This document shows positions 1 through 6,870 of a stretch of 64,000 nt of DNA, piece by piece. Source of the stretch: Candidatus Alistipes merdavium (lineage in GTDB: Bacteria > Bacteroidota > Bacteroidia > Bacteroidales > Rikenellaceae); contig DWWF01000002.1 in the NCBI GenBank assembly GCA_019119845.1, positions 13,374-77,373 on the forward strand. Reading direction: 5' to 3'. The position numbers and the translations under genes are program-made. The number at the start of each line of letters is the position of its first letter. Positions within the stretch are counted from its first letter, which is position 1. The notes below the pieces were generated by a model. That model saw only the letters and a program-made list of their open reading frames with translations, did no database searches and was not told the origin of the DNA.

Positions 1-257
1 CAGACCGCGGTGTAGCCGCCGCGTGCGGCGGCGGCGGTGCCGGTGGCGATGGTCTCCTTCTGCGGGAAGCCCGGCTCGCGCAGGTGCACATGCACGTCCA
101 CAAGCCCCGGGACGACCCACAATCCCCGCAGGCTGACGACGCGGTCGTCGGCGCGCGGCGTGCCGGCGGGGACGATGCGTCCCTGCTCGACGGCCAGCGA
201 CCCCTCGTCGAAGCGGCCGCCGCGGTAGATCCGGGCTTCGGTGTAAACGGTTCTCAT
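1..257 (-). CDS. pyrC: Dihydroorotase, 5' part (runs off window start)
   Basis: Manual translation of the minus strand from ATG at 257: [14 protein letters not shown]...[38 protein letters not shown], with the DxHxHLREPG metal motif of type I dihydroorotases. Not in the ORF track. Confidence 0.9.
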   Translation of the reverse strand, partial: MRTVYTEARIYRGGRFDEGSLAVEQGRIVPAGTPRADDRVVSLRGLWVVPGLVDVHVHLREPGFPQKETIATGTAAAARGGYTAV

Positions 258-277
258 AAGATCAGGCGCCGGAGCGC

Positions 278-311
278 AAAAAAATAGGGCAACCGAAAAA
301 CAGTTACCCTA
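278..311 (-). terminator. Intrinsic terminator/attenuator in the pyrC leader
   Basis: Minus strand TAGGGTAAC-tgtttttcg-GTTGCCCTA followed by T7, about 20 nt upstream of the pyrC start. Confidence 0.8.
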
Positions 312-432
312 ATAAGACAATAATAATACCCGTATCCGCCGCAGACTGAAAACCCGACCAATAGTCGTGCAGCCGGAAAAACTGCGCCGAGAGGATGTCG
401 TGGTTGCAATTCATAGGATACGGGGTAGCCAT
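304..432 (-). CDS. Putative 42-aa leader peptide upstream of pyrC
   Basis: ATG at 432 a few nt after the promoter; [42 protein letters not shown]; the TAA stop lies inside the 5' arm of the terminator stem. Confidence 0.55.
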   Translation of the reverse strand: MATPYPMNCNHDILSAQFFRLHDYWSGFQSAADTGIIIVLLG

Positions 433-441
433 AATCGGTTA

Positions 442-473
442 CAAAGGTAAGGCTTTTTCGCGGAGCGTGCAAA
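442..473 (-). promoter_or_regulatory. Bacteroidota sigma-A promoter for the pyrC leader
   Basis: TTTG-N20-TACCTTTG on the minus strand, an exact match to the -33/-7 consensus. Confidence 0.75.
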
Positions 474-738
474 CCTTTGCAACGAAAAATTTTTCCGCCA
501 GGCCGGCGCGGCATCCCGCCCGTCGCGGCAGACGGTCTCCGCTCGATCCGGAGCGGACCCGGGTCCGAGGTCCCGTCGGCAGGCGCCTGCGCACCATCCG
601 GCCCTTCGGCGGCCCCGTCCCGCGGAAATCCCCGCTTTCGGGGAGTGTGATTCCCGCAAAAAGCACTATCTTTGCCCGAAAACGGCGGACGGAGCCGGCT
701 CGGACAAGCGGCCGTCCCGTCCCGCAGAGGAGACACTT

Positions 739-1539
739 ATGGAACAGAACATTCTCATACCCCTGCTGCTCACGCTCGGCGCCGGACTGGCGACGGGCAT
801 CGGCAGCGCCATCGCCTTCTTCGCCCGCCGCACGAACAAGCGGCTGCTGTCGTTCTCGCTCGGCCTGTCGGGCGGCGTAATGGTCTACGTCTCGTTCGTC
901 GAGCTCTTCCAGCAGGCCAACGCGACGCTCGCCGCCGAATGGGGCTCGCGCGCGGGAGGCGCCGTCACCGTGGCGGCCTTCTTCGCGGGCATTCTGCTCA
1001 TCGGCATCATCGACCGCCTCGTCCCCTCGGTCGAAAACCCACACGAGGCGCACAGCGTCGAGGAGATGGAGGCGCGGCCCCGCAATACGAAGCTCATGCG
1101 CATGGGGCTGCTCACGGCGCTGGCCATCGGCATCCACAACTTTCCCGAAGGCATCGCCACCTTCGCCTCGGCCGTCGACGACGTGACGCTCGGCGCCGCC
1201 ATCGCCGTGGCGATCGCCATCCACAACATCCCCGAGGGCATCGCCGTCTCGGTGCCGGTCTACTACGCCACGGGCAACCGCCGCAGGGCCTTCCTGCTGT
1301 CGCTGCTCTCGGGGCTCGCCGAGCCCGTGGGGGCGCTGCTCGCCTACCTCGTGCTCATGCCCTTCATGACGCCGACGCTCATGGGCTGCATCCTCGCCGC
1401 CGTGGCCGGCATCATGGTCTTCATCTCGATCGACGAGCTGCTGCCCGCCGCCCGCGAGTACGGCGAGGCCCACACGTCGATCTACGGCGTCGTGGCCGGC
1501 ATGGCCCTGATGGCCGTCAGCCTGCTGCTGCTCGCATAA
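739..1539 (+). CDS. zupT: ZIP-family zinc transporter
   Basis: 8-TM protein with HNFPEG and HNIPEG motifs; TATCTTTG -7 box at 667-674. Confidence 0.92.
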   Translation: MEQNILIPLLLTLGAGLATGIGSAIAFFARRTNKRLLSFSLGLSGGVMVYVSFVELFQQANATLAAEWGSRAGGAVTVAAFFAGILLIGIIDRLVPSVENPHEAHSVEEMEARPRNTKLMRMGLLTALAIGIHNFPEGIATFASAVDDVTLGAAIAVAIAIHNIPEGIAVSVPVYYATGNRRRAFLLSLLSGLAEPVGALLAYLVLMPFMTPTLMGCILAAVAGIMVFISIDELLPAAREYGEAHTSIYGVVAGMALMAVSLLLLA

Positions 1540-1572
1540 ACCTTCCGAAAGCCCAAAAAACGCTGTAACACA

Positions 1573-2523
1573 ATGGATATTCTGCTTCTTATCGTCGGCC
1601 TGGGGCTGATCCTCGCCGGCGCGAACTTTCTGACGGACGGCTCCGCGGCCGTGGCCCAGCGGCTGCGCGTTCCGGAATTCATCATCGGTCTGACGATCGT
1701 CGCCGTCGGCACCTCGACCCCCGAACTGGTGGTCTCCGTGCTCTCGGCCATTGCCGGCAAGAGCGACGTGGCGATCGGCAACATCGTCGGCTCGAACATC
1801 TTCAACGTCTTCGTCATCCTGGGCATCTGCGCCCTGATCCGCCCGCTGCCCCTCACGCGCAGCACCATCCGCCGCGACATTCCGATCGGCATGGTCGTCT
1901 CGCTGCTGCTCTTCGTACTGGCGTCGGACGCCCTGCTGCACCTCGGCCCGACCGACCGGCTGGGCCGCGGCGACGGCATCCTGATGCTCATACTCTACGT
2001 CGCGCTGATGTGGTACACGATCCGCGCCGCCGGGCGCACCGAGGAGACACCGGCCGAAGGCGCGAAGGCCCCGATGGCGGCATGGCTCGCCGCGGTGATG
2101 ATCGTCGGCGGCCTGGCCGGGCTGGTCTTCGGCGGCGAGCTCTTCCTCGACAGCGCCACGGCACTCGCCCGGCAGCTGGGCGTCAGCGAGTCGGTCATCG
2201 CCATCACGCTCGTGGCGGGCGGCACGTCGCTGCCCGAACTGGCCTCGTCGGTCGTCTCGCTCGTCAAGGGCAAGGCCGACATGGCGCTGGGCAACGTCAT
2301 CGGCTCGAACATCGCCAACATCCTGCTGATTCTGGGTTTGAGCGCCACGATCAACCCCCTGACCATGGGCGGCATCACGACGACCGACCTCGCGGTGGTG
2401 ATCCTCACGTCGCTGCTCCTCTTCCTGACGGCCTTCACGTTCCGCCGCAGGGCCGTGGACCGCTGGGAGGGGGTGATCTTCCTCGTGATCTACGCCCTCT
2501 ACATCTGGCAGCTCGTCAGGTAA
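1573..2523 (+). CDS. Calcium/sodium antiporter (CaCA, YrbG-like)
   Basis: Two alpha repeats GTSTPE/GTSLPE with GNIVGSNIFN/GNVIGSNIAN. Confidence 0.9.
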   Translation: MDILLLIVGLGLILAGANFLTDGSAAVAQRLRVPEFIIGLTIVAVGTSTPELVVSVLSAIAGKSDVAIGNIVGSNIFNVFVILGICALIRPLPLTRSTIRRDIPIGMVVSLLLFVLASDALLHLGPTDRLGRGDGILMLILYVALMWYTIRAAGRTEETPAEGAKAPMAAWLAAVMIVGGLAGLVFGGELFLDSATALARQLGVSESVIAITLVAGGTSLPELASSVVSLVKGKADMALGNVIGSNIANILLILGLSATINPLTMGGITTTDLAVVILTSLLLFLTAFTFRRRAVDRWEGVIFLVIYALYIWQLVR

Positions 2524-3545
2524 CGGTCGAGCAGGCGCGGCACGGCATATTCGCCGAGTGCCGACGTCGGCACGGCGGCTGCGGCCGCATCGGGCGTCAG
2601 CTCCGGAACCTCGATCCGGTAAAAGGTCGCATGAAGGGTCTGATGTGAAAGCTGGTGGCGCGGCATCGCAACGCTCCGCACCAGGTGCCACGACGGCCCG
2701 ACCCAGCGCCGGAACGGCTCCGTCGCGATCAAATCGCCGAACTCCGCGGCGGCGGGGGTCTCCACCATCGGGAACTCGTAAAGCCCCTGCCAGATGTCGC
2801 CCGCACCGCGGCGGCACAGCACCGTCCGCTCCCCGCAGGTGACGTGCAGGTAGTTGAACCAGCGGTCGCGCGTCTGCGTGCGTCCCCGCTTGACGGGACG
2901 TGCGGCGATGCTCCCGGCCGCACGGGCCAGACAACGCACCCCGAAGGGGCAGTCGCCGCACTGCGGCTGTGCGGGGGTGCACTGCAACGCCCCGAAATCC
3001 ATGATCGCCTGATTGTACAGTCCCGGACGTTCCCGGTCGAGCAGCCGCTGCGCCAGCTCGGCAAAGGCCCGCTTCCCAGCCGCCGTGTCGATCGGGGTCT
3101 CCAGGTCAAACAGCCGTGCCAGCACGCGGTAGACATTGCCGTCGACAACGGCGCAGGGCACATTCCACGCCGCCGAGCAGATCGCCGCGGCCGTATAGTC
3201 ACCCACGCCGCGCAGTGAGCGCACGGCGCTCACCTCCGCGGGGAACACCCCGCCGAACCGTGCGACGACCTGCCGCGCCGCGGCATGCAGGTTGCGGGCC
3301 CGGCTGTAGTAGCCCAGCCCCTGCCACAGCTTGAGCACCTCGTCCTCCGAGGCCGCGGCCAGCGCCCGCACGTCGGGGAAGCGCTCGACAAAGCGCCGGT
3401 AGTAGTCCAGCCCCTGCGCCACGCGCGTCTGCTGGAGAATGACCTCCGAGAGCCAGATGCGGTAGGGATCGCGCGTGCGGCGCCACGGCAGGTCGCGCCC
3501 GCAGCGGGCGTACCAGTCGAGCAATATGTCGGAAAAATCCTCCAT
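2499..3545 (-). CDS. mutY: A/G-specific adenine glycosylase
   Basis: WLSEVILQQT, GLGYYSRARNLH, HhH motif, CxxxxxxCxxCxxxxxC Fe-S cluster; 3' end overlaps the antiporter by 25 bp. Confidence 0.95.
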   Translation of the reverse strand: MEDFSDILLDWYARCGRDLPWRRTRDPYRIWLSEVILQQTRVAQGLDYYRRFVERFPDVRALAAASEDEVLKLWQGLGYYSRARNLHAAARQVVARFGGVFPAEVSAVRSLRGVGDYTAAAICSAAWNVPCAVVDGNVYRVLARLFDLETPIDTAAGKRAFAELAQRLLDRERPGLYNQAIMDFGALQCTPAQPQCGDCPFGVRCLARAAGSIAARPVKRGRTQTRDRWFNYLHVTCGERTVLCRRGAGDIWQGLYEFPMVETPAAAEFGDLIATEPFRRWVGPSWHLVRSVAMPRHQLSHQTLHATFYRIEVPELTPDAAAAAVPTSALGEYAVPRLLDRYLTSCQM

Positions 3546-3610
3546 GACGCAGGCAAAGGTACGACAACGGAACCGAATTTGAAGTATCTTCGCAAAAAAT
3601 CGACATCCCT

Positions 3611-3901
3611 ATGGAGAACACCCCCTACACCCTGCTGCACGACGCGGCCGCACGGCGCTACTTTTTCGAGATCGACGGACACCGCGCCTACATCGAATAC
3701 GAAGAGCGGCCCGGCGCACTGGCGCTGACTCACACGATAGTCCCCGAAGAACTGCGCGGCGGCGGCATCGCCGCGGCACTCACGCAGGCCGTACTGGAGG
3801 AGATCCGCACACGGGGGCTGCGCATCGTGCCGGAGTGTTCGTATGTCGTCCGCTACATCGAGCGCCACCCCGAGTGGCAGAAGATCGTGGCAAGGGAGTA
3901 G
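3611..3901 (+). CDS. Small GNAT-like acetyltransferase (YjdJ-like)
   Basis: LTHTIVPEELRGGGIA and IVPECSYV motifs. Confidence 0.8.
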   Translation: MENTPYTLLHDAAARRYFFEIDGHRAYIEYEERPGALALTHTIVPEELRGGGIAAALTQAVLEEIRTRGLRIVPECSYVVRYIERHPEWQKIVARE

Positions 3902-3920
3902 CCCTCTGCCGGAGACCGGA

Positions 3921-4517
3921 ATTTGTATTGTCAATATCCTTTGCCGCCCGTGGCGGCACCACGAATCCGCACTCTCGTTTGACGCGGAAAAAGAGGGTGC
4001 GGGCTGCGGCGCGTCCGTCACGGGGTGGCACATAGGCCTGATCTTGCGCGCCCCGTGCAGCGCCGCGGCTCGCGCACTCCCGCGGAAAACGTCGTGCGGA
4101 GGCTTTTGGTACTTTTGGCCTCAAAAGTACATGAACAATCTTTTTTCTTTTCCTCTGCTTTTCGGTGGCGAAAAGCAGCAAAAAGCCTCTCGAAGTCCTT
4201 TTACGCCTTTCGGAAAAAACTCTTTTTTTCCCTGCTTTTCGATGGCGAAAAGCAGCAAAAGCCACCCGTCCGATTCCGATGTCGGCGTCCGGACGTCTGA
4301 AAGCGGCGTCGGGCGACTGCGCGGGTTTGCAAGCAAACCGTCCCCGCCGCTCTCGCTTTCAGCCCTCCGTCCGCTTCTCCGCCATCGGAACCAGGTCGGG
4401 ACCCGCCATGCGGGAGAAGAAGAGGTAATGGATATCGAGGTGCGTTGCCAAATAAAATAATGCCGCCCATGGCGGCACCACGAATCCGCACTCTCGTTTG
4501 ACGCGGGAAAAGAGGGG
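3921..4517 (+). repeat. Structured modular repeat array, locus 1 (linker tail, full unit 3942-4415, linker, partial unit 4461-4517)
   Basis: Near-identical to sequences at 49348-50092 (reverse) and 56047-57485; hairpins TGCCGCC-N3-GGCGGCA, GTACTTTTG-N4-CAAAAGTAC and CTGCTTTTCG-N4-CGAAAAGCAG (x2), plus a long nested stem at 4261-4415. Confidence 0.95.
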
Positions 4518-4616
4518 ACGGACCCTGCTTCCGCCGCCGAAAGTCCCGTTTCATACAGTCTCCCCACCGGACAAAAACAAAATGCCAAACCCCGGCAGAA
4601 ATTTTTCATCTGAAAA

Positions 4617-4648
4617 TTTGGTTTATAAAATAAACTACTTTATATTTG
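4617..4648 (+). promoter_or_regulatory. Promoter with palindromic operator in the spacer
   Basis: TTTG(4617-4620)-N20-TATATTTG(4641-4648); perfect GTTTAT-aaa-ATAAAC palindrome at 4621-4635. Confidence 0.65.
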
Positions 4649-4690
4649 CATCAGAAATACGAACCGAGCCCCGCTCACAAACCAAAAGCC

Positions 4691-4924
4691 ATGGAGACGA
4701 TACAAACTGCCCGTAACGACCGCCGCGCCCGATTCGCACGCAGCTTCGCGCGCAACGTCATTACCTATGCCGTAATCTGCGGATTCCTCACACTGGTCAA
4801 TGCCCTGACGTCGCCCCACTACTGGTGGGTAGCGTGGGTAGCCGGAGGCTGGGGCCTTGCCCTGCTGCTGCCCCTGCTCTTCCACCTGGTCGGTTGCGAC
4901 GAAGAGGAAGACGAGGCCAAATAA
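4691..4924 (+). CDS. Small 2TM-domain membrane protein
   Basis: ATG at 4691 downstream of the promoter; two hydrophobic helices, WWVAWVAGGWGLAL. Confidence 0.75.
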   Translation: METIQTARNDRRARFARSFARNVITYAVICGFLTLVNALTSPHYWWVAWVAGGWGLALLLPLLFHLVGCDEEEDEAK

Positions 4925-4954
4925 CCCGACACACAACACCCAATCCCCACCGCC

Positions 4955-5374
4955 ATGAAACGAATACTGACTTGTGCGGCCCTGCTGCTCGGCGCGGCGG
5001 CCGCAGCCGAAAATCCGAAAATCACGATTACGGGGCTGCGCTCCGACCGGGGGCTCGTCCTCTGGACTCTTCAGGGTGCGGACAACACGCACCGGCAGGG
5101 CATGGAACAACCCGCCGCCGGGCAGGCGGTCATCGAGCCCGGCCCGATCCGCGCCGACTCGGCCATGCTCTACGTGCTGCACGACGAAAACGGCAACTAC
5201 CGGCTCGACTGCCGCGACGACGGTACGCCGGATGAAGGGGTCGGTTCGTTCGTGATCCGCCGCGACGACCCCGCGGAGGAGATGTCTGTCGAACTCCGCT
5301 ACGATTTCGGCCCGAAGGCCGCGGACGGCACTCCCCAGCAGGCTTCCGCACCGCAACCCGGCAACGGGAAATAA
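4955..5374 (+). CDS. Secreted DUF2141-like protein
   Basis: Signal peptide; HDENGNYRLD...GTPDEGVG motif. Confidence 0.65.
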   Translation: MKRILTCAALLLGAAAAAENPKITITGLRSDRGLVLWTLQGADNTHRQGMEQPAAGQAVIEPGPIRADSAMLYVLHDENGNYRLDCRDDGTPDEGVGSFVIRRDDPAEEMSVELRYDFGPKAADGTPQQASAPQPGNGK

Positions 5375-5413
5375 CCGCAAACCCAACCCGCAAATTCCAA
5401 AACGCACCGCATA

Positions 5414-6067
5414 ATGGAAGAGAGAAAACTCGACGCGCAGGAGAGCATCGAACTCATCACGCGCATGATCCGCAACACGCGCCGGCGGCTCGAGCACAAC
5501 GCCGGACGCCCGTTCCTCGTCTGGGGCTACACCACCGTGGCAATCTCGCTGTTCAACTACCTTATGCGGATCAACGGGGCCGATCCCGAATGGTCGCTGA
5601 GCTGGTTTCTGATCCCCGTGCTCGGCGTGGTGCTGATGCGCCTTTTCCCCGCGAAAAAGAGCACCGAGCCCCGCACCGAGATCGACCGCATCGTCAACGC
5701 CCTGTGGCTCGTCTGCTCGCTGGCGCTCATCCCGATCTTCGTGATCTGCCTCTTCCACGGATGGCTCTACCGCACGAGCCTCTTCATGATGATCGCGCTC
5801 ACGATGGCAATCGGGACGGCCGCCACGGGACTGATCGTCCGCTCGAAGGTCTACGCCGTCAGCGGGCTGCTCGGCATGGCGCTCTCGACGCTCTTCGCCT
5901 TCAACGACTTCGCAATGAAGTCGCGGTTTGCGTCGCAGGCCGTTCCGGGGCAAGAGGGCTTCCTCGCGCTGCACAACGAGATTCTGATCTTTGCGGCGAT
6001 CTTCGTCGTCATGATGATCATCCCGGGGCACATCATCAACTACCAGAACCGCCGCGAAACGAAGTGA
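5414..6067 (+). CDS. Hypothetical multi-pass membrane protein
   Basis: About 6 hydrophobic helices; typical codon usage; in operon with the wHTH regulator. Confidence 0.75.
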   Translation: MEERKLDAQESIELITRMIRNTRRRLEHNAGRPFLVWGYTTVAISLFNYLMRINGADPEWSLSWFLIPVLGVVLMRLFPAKKSTEPRTEIDRIVNALWLVCSLALIPIFVICLFHGWLYRTSLFMMIALTMAIGTAATGLIVRSKVYAVSGLLGMALSTLFAFNDFAMKSRFASQAVPGQEGFLALHNEILIFAAIFVVMMIIPGHIINYQNRRETK

Positions 6068-6181
6068 CCATGCAGACCGCACGCCATACGGGTTCCCCGT
6101 CGGAACCCCGACAAACCCGCCTCGCCGCCCGAAGTCCGCATCCCGGGCCGGACGCTACAGCGAAGGCAAAACCGCACCGCC

Positions 6182-6469
6182 ATGTTCAGGGAGCTTAATC
6201 CGCTGCTGCACTCGGAGCTGCGGCTGGCCGTGATGTCGATCCTCATCGGGGTCGAAAACGCCGACTTCGTCTTCATCCGCCAGCAGACCGGCGCCACGGC
6301 CGGCAACCTCTCCGTGCAGCTGGACAAGCTGTCCCGGGCGGGCTACATCACCGTGGAAAAGACCTTCCGGGGCAAGATGCCCTGCACGGTCTGCCGCATC
6401 ACCGATGCGGGGCGCGACGCCTTTGCGGAGTATGTCGAGGCGTTGCAAAGCTACATCCGGCCGAAGTAA
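6182..6469 (+). CDS. Winged-helix transcriptional regulator (MarR/ArsR-like)
   Basis: LHSELRLAVMSIL...ATAGNLSVQLDKL..AGYI..EK motif. Confidence 0.85.
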   Translation: MFRELNPLLHSELRLAVMSILIGVENADFVFIRQQTGATAGNLSVQLDKLSRAGYITVEKTFRGKMPCTVCRITDAGRDAFAEYVEALQSYIRPK

Positions 6470-6520
6470 GGCCGCCGCGCGCGCCGACACGCACAGGCCC
6501 AGCCCGCGAACTCACGGGGC

Positions 6521-6633
6521 GAGGCCGCACGGATCGCGCGCGGAACGGAAGGGTCGCGAAAACCGTGCTCGGAGCCGAAAGAGGCCGCACGAATCGCGCG
6601 CGGAACGGAAGGGTCGCGAAAACCGTGCTCGGA
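6521..6633. repeat. 53-bp direct repeat, period 60, with degenerate continuation to about 6790
   Basis: gaggccgcacg(g/a)atcgcgcgcggaacggaagggtcgcgaaaaccgtgctcgga at 6521 and 6581, one mismatch. Confidence 0.9.
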
Positions 6634-6795
6634 ACGGAGGGAAGGCCGCAGAAATCACGCGCCGAACAGACGGGCCGCAGAGACCGCACGCGGAGCGGAA
6701 GGAGCCGCACGGATCGCCCCGAAGGGGCCGCGAGGGGCTTGAAGGGCCCGGAAACGCACGGAAGGGCCCCGCGGGAGGTGCGCCGCACGGAAAAA

Positions 6796-6835
6796 TTCGG
6801 GCCGGGGAGTATCGCACGATACTCCCCGGCCCGAA
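6796..6835. terminator. Long perfect hairpin between convergent genes (probable terminator)
   Basis: TTCGGGCCGGGGAGTATCG-ca-CGATACTCCCCGGCCCGAA, 19-bp inverted repeat. Confidence 0.7.
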
Positions 6836-6870
6836 CTGTTACAAAGGAACCCCGGAAAAGAAATCCCGGA

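Noticed and set aside
260-432. PyrR-binding attenuator
   Set aside because: No recognisable PyrR consensus loop (AGUCC-AGAGAGG...GAGAAG type) in the leader.
2499-2523. 25-bp convergent overlap of mutY and the antiporter
   Set aside because: A short tail-to-tail overlap is common and has no further supporting signal.
4109-4255. Repeat hairpins as intrinsic terminators
   Set aside because: They lack a downstream U-tract; the C hairpins are followed by A-runs on both strands.
4261-4415. Hammerhead ribozyme in module D (CUGA...GAAA-like words)
   Set aside because: The words are CUGAAAG and CUGAUCU, not the CUGANGA core, and CUGAAAG is fully base-paired in the rod. Other ribozyme classes were not excluded; that needs cmscan.
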